Shown: one piece after another, positions 7,450-16,584 of the stretch | Layout: every line of letters starts with the position of its first letter | Numbering within the stretch: the stretch's first letter is position 1 | From: a bacterium | GTDB taxonomy: Bacteria > Patescibacteriota > Patescibacteriia > UBA10025 | Length of the DNA: 64,000 nucleotides | NCBI GenBank assembly: GCA_021815445.1 | Contig: JAKAGM010000001.1 | Span: 531,710 to 595,709, forward strand | Direction: 5' to 3' | Position numbers and translations under genes: made by a program | The notes under the pieces: generated by a model | What the model was told of the DNA's origin: nothing | The model's input: the letters and a program-made list of their open reading frames with translations, nothing else | Databases searched by the model: none

Positions 7450-7492
7450 AATTACTACCGCCCCCGAGTTTTCCCGGAGGCGTTTTAATTAC

Positions 7493-9424
7493 CTATTTAC
7501 TTTTCGCAGACCCTGAGGTTCCTGAAGGGTTGACCTCCTCATACTGGGCGTCCACGGGTCCCTTGTCATCCTTTTTCTGCTCTGCTCCTTTTGCCTGGCC
7601 TTGGGGACTGCCTTGAGGGGGCTGCTGGCCCTGGTACATCGCCTGGCCTATCTTCTGGATAGCCTGTGAGAGTTCGTCGTGGGCCTTCTTTATTGCCGCG
7701 GCATCGTCGCCGTCTTTCACTTTTTTGAGCGCATCAATCTTTTCTTGCACCTCTTTCTTGGTCTTGTCGTCTACTTTGCTTCCGGCGTCTTTGAGTGACT
7801 TCTCGGACGTATAGACGAGGGATTCTGCCATGTTGCGCATATCAATTGTCTCTTTCTTTTTCTTGTCATCTACGGCGTGCGCCGCGGCTTCCTGCTTCAT
7901 CTTTTCCACTTCGTCTTTTGACAAGCCTGAGGACGCGGTGATAGTGATGGACTGTTCTTTGCTTGTGGCCTTGTCTTTCGCTTTCACATTCAGTATGCCG
8001 TTCGCGTCAATGTCGAAGCTGACCTCTACCTGCGGCACTCCACGGGGCGCCGGCGGAATGCCCGAGAGCATAAACCGTCCGAGCGACTTGTTGTCACCTG
8101 CCATGGGGCGTTCGCCCTGCAGGACGTGGATTTCCACTGACGTCTGGTTGTCCGCGGCTGTGGAGAATACTTGCGACTTGGATGTCGGGATAGTGGTGTT
8201 GCGGTCAATCAACGGTGTCATAACACTGCCGAGCGTCTCTAACCCTAGCGTGAGCGGCGTGACATCAAGCAAGAGAATGTCTTTTACATCTCCTTGAAGA
8301 ACGCCCGCTTGGACAGCCGCGCCGACTGCAACTACTTCGTCAGGATTCACGCCGAGGTGCGGTTTCCTGCCAAAGAACTTCTCGACTGTCTGTTGAACTA
8401 AGGGCATACGAGTCATACCGCCGACCATAACTACTTCCTGGATGTCGGACGTCTTGAGTCCTGCGTCATCCAGCGCTTTTTGCGTCGGGCCCATGGTCTT
8501 TTGCACCAGGTCCCCTACCAGATCTTCCAACTTAGCGCGGGACATCTTGAGGAGCAAGTGCTTCGGTCCTGATGCGTCAGAGGTGATGAACGGCTGGTTG
8601 ATTTCAGTTTCCATCTGCGTCGAGAGCTCCATCTTTGCCTTTTCAGCTGACTCCTTGAGACGCTGTAAGGCGAGCTCATCCTTGCTGAGGTCGATGCCTT
8701 GATCCTTTTTGAACTCTTCAGCAATCCAATGAATAATCACCTGGTCAAAGTCATCACCGCCCAAGTGCGTGTCGCCGTTGGTCGCTTTGACTTCCACCGT
8801 GTCTTTTGAAACTTCGAGGATGGAAATGTCGAATGTACCGCCGCCGAGGTCGTAGACGGCTATCTTTTCATCCTTTTTCTTGTCGAAACCGTAGGCAAGC
8901 GCCGCCGCTGTCGGCTCGTTGATGATGCGGCGGACTTTGAGACCGGCGATTTCACCGGCGTCTTTCGTCGCCTGGCGCTGTGAGTCGTCGAAATACGCGG
9001 GGACAGTGATGACAGCTTCTTCGATCTTTTCGCCGAGCTTGTCCTCTGCGTCAGCTTTGAGCTTCGAGAGCACCATCGCAGAGATTTCCTGCGGCGAGTA
9101 TTCCTTGCCGCCCATCTCTACTTTGACGCCCTGCCCCGACTGGACCATCTTGTAGGGCATGAGCTTGAGGTCTCGCTGAACCTCGGCGTCGTCGAAGCGT
9201 CGTCCGATCAGGCGCTTCACTGAAAAAATAGTGTTCTTTGGGTTGACGACGGCCTGGCGCTTGGCCGACATGCCGACGATGCGTTCTCCTGTCTTGGAGA
9301 CGGCGACGACTGACGGAGTCGTCCTGTTGCCGTCTTTGTTTTCGATGACCTTCGGTTCGCCGCCCTCCATGACTGCCATGGCTGAGTTGGTCGTACCGAG
9401 GTCTATTCCGAGAATTTTTGACAT
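7493..9424 (-). CDS. dnaK: Molecular chaperone DnaK (Hsp70)
   Basis: [16 protein letters not shown] and other Hsp70 signatures; 643 aa. Confidence 0.95.
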   Translation of the reverse strand: MSKILGIDLGTTNSAMAVMEGGEPKVIENKDGNRTTPSVVAVSKTGERIVGMSAKRQAVVNPKNTIFSVKRLIGRRFDDAEVQRDLKLMPYKMVQSGQGVKVEMGGKEYSPQEISAMVLSKLKADAEDKLGEKIEEAVITVPAYFDDSQRQATKDAGEIAGLKVRRIINEPTAAALAYGFDKKKDEKIAVYDLGGGTFDISILEVSKDTVEVKATNGDTHLGGDDFDQVIIHWIAEEFKKDQGIDLSKDELALQRLKESAEKAKMELSTQMETEINQPFITSDASGPKHLLLKMSRAKLEDLVGDLVQKTMGPTQKALDDAGLKTSDIQEVVMVGGMTRMPLVQQTVEKFFGRKPHLGVNPDEVVAVGAAVQAGVLQGDVKDILLLDVTPLTLGLETLGSVMTPLIDRNTTIPTSKSQVFSTAADNQTSVEIHVLQGERPMAGDNKSLGRFMLSGIPPAPRGVPQVEVSFDIDANGILNVKAKDKATSKEQSITITASSGLSKDEVEKMKQEAAAHAVDDKKKKETIDMRNMAESLVYTSEKSLKDAGSKVDDKTKKEVQEKIDALKKVKDGDDAAAIKKAHDELSQAIQKIGQAMYQGQQPPQGSPQGQAKGAEQKKDDKGPVDAQYEEVNPSGTSGSAKSK

Positions 9425-9655
9425 AATGGTGAGTTGAGAATTAGTAATTGATTATGGGAATGAATCTGCCTGCCGTACGCCGCATTTTTCCGCATGTGGC
9501 CGCGAACCTTGATGCCGCCGCGCCGGGTATGGGCCGCCACCCAGAATTGCTTCCTTGAGCGGGCCGGCGGAGCTTTGTGCTCGTCGCCGCCGGAGTATTT
9601 CCGGCCTTTCGCGCGTTCTTTTTTCCATGAACCTGGCGTAACCATATATTTTTAC

Positions 9656-9997
9656 TTAAAACATATCGAGGAAATTATCCTGGGAATTGAGCCGGGCGTG
9701 AATCTCCAGCACCTGGTCGTCTCCGAGCATTTCATCCTCCGTGTAGCGTAGGACCTCATTTTCATTCAAATCGGTAGGCATGGTGACAAAATTCAGCCGC
9801 CCCTGTCCGAAAGAAATTGATGAGACGGAGCCCGTCTGGCACTGCTGGCAGCGGATGTAGAGCAACGTATTGCCTTCACGTTCCTCCAGAACCTGCAGGT
9901 GGACGAGGTCGAACCTCTGCCCGCAGATCGAGCAAAACGCTTCTGCTTTGATGATGTCGTGCCGCGGTCCGATCGGAAATTGTGGTCGAATAGGCAT
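9656..9997 (-). CDS. Zinc-ribbon hypothetical protein inside heat-shock operon
   Basis: CSICGQ ... CQQCQ pairs; start moved to MPIRPQF (track ORF starts at 10048). Confidence 0.45.
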   Translation of the reverse strand: MPIRPQFPIGPRHDIIKAEAFCSICGQRFDLVHLQVLEEREGNTLLYIRCQQCQTGSVSSISFGQGRLNFVTMPTDLNENEVLRYTEDEMLGDDQVLEIHARLNSQDNFLDMF

Positions 9998-10072
9998 AAT
10001 GATTGATTCACGAGTCTGGCACGGTTTTTTGGCCGTGGTCAGGCCCATGCCCCAATCGGGGCTGGGAAGTAA

Positions 10073-10477
10073 TTACTTGGATATTTTGACAGGGACTTTT
10101 TTGGGCTTTACCTCCTCCGCTTTCGGAATAGTGACTTTCATCAAACCGTTATGGAAGTGCGCCGAAGCCTTGTCAGCCTGTACGTGGGTCGGGAGAGCGA
10201 TGCTCCTATAGAAACTCCCGGACCTGACTTCCTTGCGGTAGTAATTCTTCTCATCCACTTCACTCTTTTTTTCCATGTTGCCTTCGATCTTGAGAACGTT
10301 GTCCTCGACGGTAATGCTAACTTTCTCCGGGTCCACGCCCGCAAGCGCAGATTCTACGTAGACATTGTCTTTGTCTTCATAGACATCCATCGCCGGGACG
10401 AAAGACTGGGGTATGCCCTCAAAAAACCTGTCAAAGGCGTCAAGGTCTGTCCATGGATTCCATCGTATAATTGCCAT
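10073..10477 (-). CDS. Hsp20 / alpha-crystallin family small heat-shock protein
   Basis: Alpha-crystallin domain pattern (DVYEDKDNVYVESALAGV ... GLMKVTIPK). Confidence 0.85.
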   Translation of the reverse strand: MAIIRWNPWTDLDAFDRFFEGIPQSFVPAMDVYEDKDNVYVESALAGVDPEKVSITVEDNVLKIEGNMEKKSEVDEKNYYRKEVRSGSFYRSIALPTHVQADKASAHFHNGLMKVTIPKAEEVKPKKVPVKISK

Positions 10478-10516
10478 ACTATGTACACCTCCTTTCGTTG
10501 GTAAGGTTACGCGTTT

Positions 10517-10663
10517 TTACGAGCAACAATCTCCGTGCTTGCCGCACATGCACTCATGTTTTTCGCCGTGTTCTTGAGACTTACCATCTTTGCAGCAGTC
10601 ATCATCGGAACCTTGGTGAGAGTGCTTTTTATCTGCCGGGCTCTGCTTGTGTGTATTGTCCAT
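10517..10663 (-). CDS. Putative 48 aa Cys/His-rich metal-binding peptide (MDNTHKQSPADKKHSHQGSDDDCCKDGKSQEHGEKHECMCGKHGDCCS)
   Basis: Not in ORF track (under 60 aa); AGGAAA RBS 5 nt before ATG; 7 Cys and 6 His; between grpE and hsp20 on the same strand. Confidence 0.35.
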   Translation of the reverse strand: MDNTHKQSPADKKHSHQGSDDDCCKDGKSQEHGEKHECMCGKHGDCCS

Positions 10664-10691
10664 AGTTTTCCTGAAAAATTAATGAAGATGA

Positions 10692-11222
10692 TTATTCAGC
10701 TATTTTGACCTTTGCCGCCTGGAGGGTTTTGCCGTGGTATATGTAGCCGGGCTGTATTTCCTCGAGAATCTCCCCGTGCTCCTTGCCTTCAATCTTTTCC
10801 TTTGCCACCGCTTCATGGAGCTCAGGGTCAAATGTTTTTCCGGCTGTCTCTATCTCGTGGATATTGATGTTTGAAAGCAGCGTCTTGAATTCGGTGGCGA
10901 TATGCTCTATACCTTTCATCCACTGGTGCGACTTCTGCTCCTGCGGGGCGTGCTTCAGCGCGAGCTTCAGGTGGTTATAGATGGGTAGCAGTTCGATAAT
11001 AAGCGCCGCATTGGCAAACTGGACAATCTCCTGCTCCCGTTTCGCGGAATCTTTCTTGAGATTCAGGTAATCGGCTTTCGCCCGCTTCCAACCGTTCAGA
11101 TATTCTTCCGCAATCTTTTTCGCTTTTACGAGTTCATCAGTTGGACGCTCGGGCTTCTTCGGGGCGTCGTGAACTTTTTCGGGTTGAGCTGGAGCCGGCT
11201 TGGGCTGGACGTCTTCAGGCAT
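10692..11222 (-). CDS. grpE: Nucleotide exchange factor GrpE
   Basis: GrpE coiled-coil and C-terminal beta domain; overlaps hrcA stop. Confidence 0.85.
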   Translation of the reverse strand: MPEDVQPKPAPAQPEKVHDAPKKPERPTDELVKAKKIAEEYLNGWKRAKADYLNLKKDSAKREQEIVQFANAALIIELLPIYNHLKLALKHAPQEQKSHQWMKGIEHIATEFKTLLSNINIHEIETAGKTFDPELHEAVAKEKIEGKEHGEILEEIQPGYIYHGKTLQAAKVKIAE

Positions 11223-11934
11223 GGGGGTTCTGTTGTGAAGTTTCTAAAAGCTCCTGGGCAAACCTGAGACGGCATGAGTTCGCCGCGTAATCCATCCGCA
11301 TGGGTCCCACAATAGCCATCACAGAGTTTTTTCCGTCATGAGTATACTGCATCATCATGGTACCGCATTCTTTGCCAAACGGATTTTCGCTCCCGATCAG
11401 CGTTTCGATTTCACGTTTCACATTTGGGAAAATATCGTGGACAATGTCATCGAGGTGGTCGATGACTTCTGTGATATGCGAAATGATATTGAAGTCCCGG
11501 AACTCCGGCTGAGAAAAAAGACATGAGATGCCGGTGTAATAAATGTCATCGGGTGAAAAAGCCACGACGACGGCCTCCTGTGAAAGCTCGGCAAGCGCTT
11601 TTGCCAGCCGTTTTGTCTTGGCTTCATAGTCCGGTGCATCGGCAACGGCATCGGTAAGAGCGCCTTTCTCTTTTGTCGCTAACTCTTTTTCATGGACGAG
11701 ATTATCGAGATAATACTTCCAGCCCTTTTCGGTGGGAATTCTGCCAGCTGAGGTATATTGGTGGGTTAAATATCCCTCTTTTTCAAGCTCCATCATGTCG
11801 TTACGAACGGTGGCCGGAGATACACCAAGCTGGTACTTATCCACAAGCAGCTTAGACCCTACTGCGCCGCAGTTCCTGATGTGTTCATTGATTATTGCGC
11901 TAAATAAAGCGATTTTTCTGTCATTCGTACTCAT
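11215..11934 (-). CDS. hrcA: Heat-inducible transcription repressor HrcA
   Basis: N-terminal winged-helix (SKLLVDKYQLGVSPATVRNDMMELEKEGYL), HrcA C-terminal domain; CIRCE immediately upstream. Confidence 0.85.
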   Translation of the reverse strand: MSTNDRKIALFSAIINEHIRNCGAVGSKLLVDKYQLGVSPATVRNDMMELEKEGYLTHQYTSAGRIPTEKGWKYYLDNLVHEKELATKEKGALTDAVADAPDYEAKTKRLAKALAELSQEAVVVAFSPDDIYYTGISCLFSQPEFRDFNIISHITEVIDHLDDIVHDIFPNVKREIETLIGSENPFGKECGTMMMQYTHDGKNSVMAIVGPMRMDYAANSCRLRFAQELLETSQQNPHA

Positions 11935-11966
11935 AGTTTGTTCGCTCAGACCTAATTATAAACTGG

Positions 11967-11993
11967 TTAGCACTCTATGGTCAAGAGTGCTAA
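11967..11993 (-). promoter_or_regulatory. CIRCE operator (TTAGCACTC-N9-GAGTGCTAA), HrcA binding site
   Basis: Perfect match to CIRCE consensus, located 33 nt upstream of hrcA start. Confidence 0.85.
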
Positions 11994-12225
11994 TTCGTTG
12001 AAATACCAAATTATCTGCCCAAAGAAGAGTCCGAAGTCCTTTCACAACAGCCTAAAGATCTTTTCTCTCCATCCTGAGCGACCCTGAGCACAGTCGAAGG
12101 GGAGCCGAAGGATCCCCTGGATATTCGTGACATCGAGTATTTCTGCAGAACCTTCGTCACCCAAACCTGAACTGGCCCGGAGGGCAAACTTCCCTTTCAA
12201 GTATACTCGTATGGTCCTTTCAAAC

Positions 12226-13290
12226 TCACTGCTTATCGGGCTGGGACAAATTGGTGGCCTGCCCGTTCCCATTTCCGTTTGCCGGCAAGGTTGGCTTGCT
12301 AAAGATAGCCTGGCCGATCCTGATACCGAAGTGAGAAAGGAAAAGGAATCCGATGATAACTTTAAGGAAATCCACTGAGCGGAAGATGAGACTGAAAGCT
12401 ACTCCGCTCTCCGGGCTGAACCCGATGACTGAAAAAATTAATGCCTCCCCCGTCTCCGTACTGCCGAAGGAACCCGGAATGGGGAGGAGAAAGGTGATAA
12501 TCGTCAGCGTCGAGACGAGGACGACATGGAGCAATGTGGCATGGAGCCCGATAGATATCATGATAAACCACATGGCAAGCAGCGTCATCAACCCGCCAAG
12601 CACGGAGAGTCCGAGACCCTGCCAAAGCGCCTTGCGGTCACGGTTAAAGAATCTGATGATGATAAGCTCAAGCTTGCCTATCTTGTCCATGAATTTCGCG
12701 ACGAACGCAAGCCTATGGAGCTGCAAGAATCTGATGATGGCCCCGAAGAAATCCCGCGAGCGAAGAGTTTTGTAATAAAAGAGGATGATGAGGAAAATAA
12801 ACGTCAGGCCCACAATAAGCAAAATGGCTATGCTTTTCCATGAAAGACTGAATTTCATCAGCACGTAAAATATGGAAAAAAGCAAGAACGGCAGCCCGAA
12901 ACTGAAATCCATCATTTTATCTATAATGACGGAGGCAAGCCCGTCCGAAAACGGTACTCCCGCGTCTTTTTTGAGCACGAGAGCGCGGAAGCTCTCCCCG
13001 AAGCCGGCATTGGGCGAGGGCGTGAAATAATCCACCGCATACCCGACGATCTTGGAGGGAAAAAGCTTCGACATGGGCAGGTCGTGTCCTTCACTCTTGA
13101 GAATTATTTTCCAGCGGTACTGGGTGATGATGAACGCGAGGAAATACAAGAAGAGAATGACAAACCATCTCGCGAAAGAAAAGCCGGTGATCGTTTGCCA
13201 AATGCTGGTAACGCCTACTTTATAGATGACGCCGATGAATAACGCGATACCGATGACGCCGGAGACGATAAAAAAGATGATTTTTTTCAC
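12226..13290 (-). CDS. Flippase-like / lysylphosphatidylglycerol-synthase TM-region family membrane protein (UPF0104)
   Basis: 354 aa polytopic membrane protein with conserved basic patches typical of UPF0104 family. Confidence 0.55.
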   Translation of the reverse strand: MKKIIFFIVSGVIGIALFIGVIYKVGVTSIWQTITGFSFARWFVILFLYFLAFIITQYRWKIILKSEGHDLPMSKLFPSKIVGYAVDYFTPSPNAGFGESFRALVLKKDAGVPFSDGLASVIIDKMMDFSFGLPFLLFSIFYVLMKFSLSWKSIAILLIVGLTFIFLIILFYYKTLRSRDFFGAIIRFLQLHRLAFVAKFMDKIGKLELIIIRFFNRDRKALWQGLGLSVLGGLMTLLAMWFIMISIGLHATLLHVVLVSTLTIITFLLPIPGSFGSTETGEALIFSVIGFSPESGVAFSLIFRSVDFLKVIIGFLFLSHFGIRIGQAIFSKPTLPANGNGNGQATNLSQPDKQ

Positions 13291-13359
13291 GAGAGGAAAA
13301 GCTAAAAAAAGAGAGTGTTTATCCTCTCGATATCATAGCATATCGGGCCTTTTTTTCAA

Positions 13360-14166
13360 TCATTCATTAGGCCAGACGACAATCATTGCTTTCGCGCCCG
13401 TGGTAATGTCCCCGCCTTCCACCCAGTCATGGATGGCATTGTAGAGTACGTCGGGTTTGTACTGGTATTGCTCACCCTTTCGGGTGCCGGGATCGTTGGT
13501 GATTATCATATCTTTGGTCCATCCGCGAACCACGAGCATGTGGTAGATGGGCCCTGGCGACTTGAAATTCGGATTGCCGAGCAAACGTCCTGCAGTAGGA
13601 ATAATAACAGGCCTCCCCTGGGCAACCTCGCGTTTAATGTCATCAATGGTTATCCCATACTTTACATCAACACGTTTGTAGCCCCAGAGTCCTTTGATAA
13701 CATTGGCTGTCTGTTGGGCTGTAGTATCTTTATAAAATCCTAATGTCGCATTTTCGTAATCAACGATACGTTGAAGTTCCTGCGCAGCAATATCGTTTGT
13801 AAAAGTCTTGTGCTGCCAGTAGTAGTGCACAATAAGCGATGCCGCTTCTTCACAGGATTCCTCGTCCTGCGCCGTCCATTTCGCGTATGGCGACTGTGTG
13901 GTAAACGGAACCGCGAGGTTAAATGTCTCCGGGAGCGGTTTCTCGACTTGGGTGTTAACGAGGGTATTGGTGTTCACCGAGTTTGTTGCTGAATTAACTG
14001 TGGGCGTATCATGCTGAGTATTTTGCAGCTCGTCAAACGTAACTGCGGGTACGTCTTTTTGGAAAAGTTTGTCGATGCGAGCCTTAATTCCGATGCGGTG
14101 TTGGTAACCGAAGACGGCCGCGGCTGCAGCGAGGATAAATAATGAGATGAGAAGTTTGCGTTTCAT
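13360..14166 (-). CDS. Secreted C39-like/papain-fold cysteine peptidase domain protein
   Basis: Signal/anchor MKRKLLISLFILAAAAA; C-terminal domain with SCEEAASLIV (Cys) and GPIYHMLVVRGW (His); paralogous to C-terminus of next gene. Confidence 0.6.
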   Translation of the reverse strand: MKRKLLISLFILAAAAAVFGYQHRIGIKARIDKLFQKDVPAVTFDELQNTQHDTPTVNSATNSVNTNTLVNTQVEKPLPETFNLAVPFTTQSPYAKWTAQDEESCEEAASLIVHYYWQHKTFTNDIAAQELQRIVDYENATLGFYKDTTAQQTANVIKGLWGYKRVDVKYGITIDDIKREVAQGRPVIIPTAGRLLGNPNFKSPGPIYHMLVVRGWTKDMIITNDPGTRKGEQYQYKPDVLYNAIHDWVEGGDITTGAKAMIVVWPNE

Positions 14167-14466
14167 ATATTCAATATCGAGGCATAAAACAACTCATGCT
14201 AGCATGAGTTCACGGCAATGTCAACACCGAACCGATATCGGACAACCAACAGCCGGACTGTTTTTGACGCTTGAAGATACTTTCTTAATACAAAAAGTAA
14301 ACAGAAACGGCAATGCCCAATAGCACGATAAGACCGAGCCCGATCCAAAGTGCGCGCTTTGCTTTGCGTATTCTCGGGTCTGAAATAATGGGAAAGTTAT
14401 CCATCGTATGTATACTCTCTCTATGTTATGCAGCCACTTGTCACTGCACCGCACCCTCCGTGTATT

Positions 14467-16422
14467 TTACTCCACAACCACCGCACCCCTTTGAAGCAGA
14501 GACCAGTTCGCCTCAAAGGCCGACGTGGTAAAGTACCTCTCGCCGGACAAAGGGTCAAGGGTGATAATTCGTGAGGGATTGTCGGCCGACCCGATGAACC
14601 CGATAACGACCCGGGCGTGTTCGCCGACTATGGCGATAATACTTTGGCCGTCTTTTGTTTTCCAATCGGCGCGCCGGCCTGACGATGCGTTGCCCCAGAC
14701 GATAACAGGGTTGCCCTTTTGGATTTCTTTGGTGAGATCCTGGACGGTGCCGTTGGTAAAATACCGTGTGCTGCGATACAACGCCCCGACACGCGCTATG
14801 GGCTCCCAATACACTCCGTAGCCCGTCGTCACCTGCTTGCCGTAGTAGTCGCCCACGAACGCTACGTGCGGATTCCCCCACACGCCGTCCTTATGCGGAG
14901 TGGTATCAAAGCCGATTTGATCAATCAGCGCGGATTCCGATACATTCACCCCTTTGTAACGGAGCGCCATGGTAAGCGCCGCGGCTTCACAGGAGAGCGG
15001 GCGTTCCTGCCGGTGAAAAGTGGCGGCGAGCTTGGTCTGGGAAAGCTCGGTGGAAAAAGATGCGCTAAACTCTTTGTTTGAATCGAGACCGTCGACACTC
15101 TTGACGCCTTTTGCAATTTTCACCGCATACGAGCTGTTATACGCGAGCGCGTTGTCGGGCTTGAACAGCATCGTGTTTCCGTTCCATGAGATTTTGCCAC
15201 TGACTGCCGGCGAAAAAGAAAAAACTTTTTCGGCAGACGCGTGGTTCACGTCCTGGTTAAAGGTAACCTCAACGGTGCTTGAGACACCTGCGCCTGTTGA
15301 ACTGTCGCCGGGTGAGAAATGGTTGACGGTAACATTTCCCAGCGTTGTGAACGTGTAGGGAGCGTCGTTTTCAAAATACCCTCCGGACGCCGTTTTCACC
15401 CCTTTTGGAATTGTAACAGTATACGTCGTGCCAAGCGCCAGCGGGCCGGAGGAATGCGTGAAGGTTTTTTTGTCCGCATCTGCTTTCCATGAACCCGCGA
15501 GCTTGGGATCTATTGTGATGTGTTCAGTAACTGATTTCGCGTCCATGCTCTCGGAAAAAGTAACGGCAATCTTTTCGCCTTTTTTTACGGCATCACCTGT
15601 CGGGGTAAAATCCTTGATGCCCGGCGCCTCCCGGGTCTTCCATGCGCCCGTGAATGCCTGCGCCGGATCGCTCGCATGGACTACAGTCTGTGTCCCCACA
15701 AAATATTGGACATTCTTGCGAAAAATTGTGAGCGTATACTCAGTCCCCTGATGCAGAGGTTCATTGGGCGTTACCGTGTATTGAGTTTTTTCGGCATTCA
15801 GCGTGGCAGCAGCCTCGACTGCCGGATCAAAAACAAAGTCGAACGAAGCAAGCTGGTCATTGGCCACGTCGAGAGCCACGGCCCACGAGGCATCCGGACG
15901 CAGTATATCAGTCTGCGCAGGAGTTACTTCTTTCACCGACGGCACCGGCGGGGTCAAAAGGGTAAACTCAATATTCTGGCTTTTTCCCTGCGCGGTTAAT
16001 ACGTTCCGTACTCCCGCGAGATGTACTTTATACTCGGTGCCCGGCGCAAAAGACACTATCGGCGTGAAGGTCAGCGTTCGCGCCAGGTGCGTAGAATAAG
16101 CAAAATTTTCATACGTCCAGTTGCCCGCAACTTCAGGTTCGATGGTAGCGACAATTTTTCTGTTCACAGGCCGGTCAAAAGCAATGCGGATGGAGGCCTG
16201 CGGTGAGACATATGTGCCAAGGGTATCATACGTAGCGGCATGGGAGGGCGGTAAAGAGATAAATATTAATACCCCTAGAACAAAAACGAGCGCAACATTT
16301 AAACGATAAAATGTTCCGGAATGTTTACGTGGCTTCTTTTCTCCCAATGGATTTTCCATGGGCAATGATGATTCAGCTTTTATTTTCGTCATTATTATAG
16401 CATAAAAACAGGAAAAAATCAA
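14467..16422 (-). CDS. Secreted multi-Ig-like repeat protein with C-terminal C39-like cysteine peptidase domain
   Basis: N-terminal TM anchor, several Ig/Big-like repeats, C-terminal LSCEAAALTMAL ... HARVVIGF peptidase-like domain. Confidence 0.6.
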   Translation of the reverse strand: MIFSCFYAIIMTKIKAESSLPMENPLGEKKPRKHSGTFYRLNVALVFVLGVLIFISLPPSHAATYDTLGTYVSPQASIRIAFDRPVNRKIVATIEPEVAGNWTYENFAYSTHLARTLTFTPIVSFAPGTEYKVHLAGVRNVLTAQGKSQNIEFTLLTPPVPSVKEVTPAQTDILRPDASWAVALDVANDQLASFDFVFDPAVEAAATLNAEKTQYTVTPNEPLHQGTEYTLTIFRKNVQYFVGTQTVVHASDPAQAFTGAWKTREAPGIKDFTPTGDAVKKGEKIAVTFSESMDAKSVTEHITIDPKLAGSWKADADKKTFTHSSGPLALGTTYTVTIPKGVKTASGGYFENDAPYTFTTLGNVTVNHFSPGDSSTGAGVSSTVEVTFNQDVNHASAEKVFSFSPAVSGKISWNGNTMLFKPDNALAYNSSYAVKIAKGVKSVDGLDSNKEFSASFSTELSQTKLAATFHRQERPLSCEAAALTMALRYKGVNVSESALIDQIGFDTTPHKDGVWGNPHVAFVGDYYGKQVTTGYGVYWEPIARVGALYRSTRYFTNGTVQDLTKEIQKGNPVIVWGNASSGRRADWKTKDGQSIIAIVGEHARVVIGFIGSADNPSRIITLDPLSGERYFTTSAFEANWSLLQRGAVVVE

Positions 16423-16440
16423 CTTAACCTGGCTGCTGTC

Positions 16441-16537
16441 ATCCTGAATTTATTTCAGGATCTTAACAAAGATTGTAAAGATGCTGAATCGGGTTCAGCA
16501 TGACAAACGCGGCGCGCACCCACAGCAGCGGGGTGCG
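16441..16537. repeat. Hairpin-pair motif copy C (ATCCTGAA-N5-TTCAGGAT, ATGCTGAA-TCGGG-TTCAGCAT, GACAA, CGCACCC-N8-GGGTGCG)
   Basis: Same architecture as copies A and B; between peptidase gene start and tgt stop. Confidence 0.65.
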
Positions 16538-16584
16538 TATGTTATTACTCTCCAGCGTAGGCAGCTGCGCCTGCGCTGCGTTTT

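Noticed and set aside
9403-9645. Very basic 80 aa ORF overlapping the dnaK start
   Set aside because: It overlaps dnaK by 22 nt in another frame. It has no RBS and runs through a GC-rich structured spacer, so it is more likely the dnaK 5' UTR.
12042-12272. 76 aa ORF and local palindromes (GGGGA...TCCCC) between hrcA and the flippase-like gene
   Set aside because: It has no RBS and an odd composition, and the region is probably promoter or UTR. No tRNA or other RNA structure could be folded convincingly.
14285-14404. 39 aa hydrophobic ORF (MDNFPIISDPRIRKAKRALWIGLGLIVLLGIAVSVYFLY) between the two peptidase genes
   Set aside because: No RBS, and too short to evaluate. It could be a real micro-membrane protein, but the evidence is insufficient.
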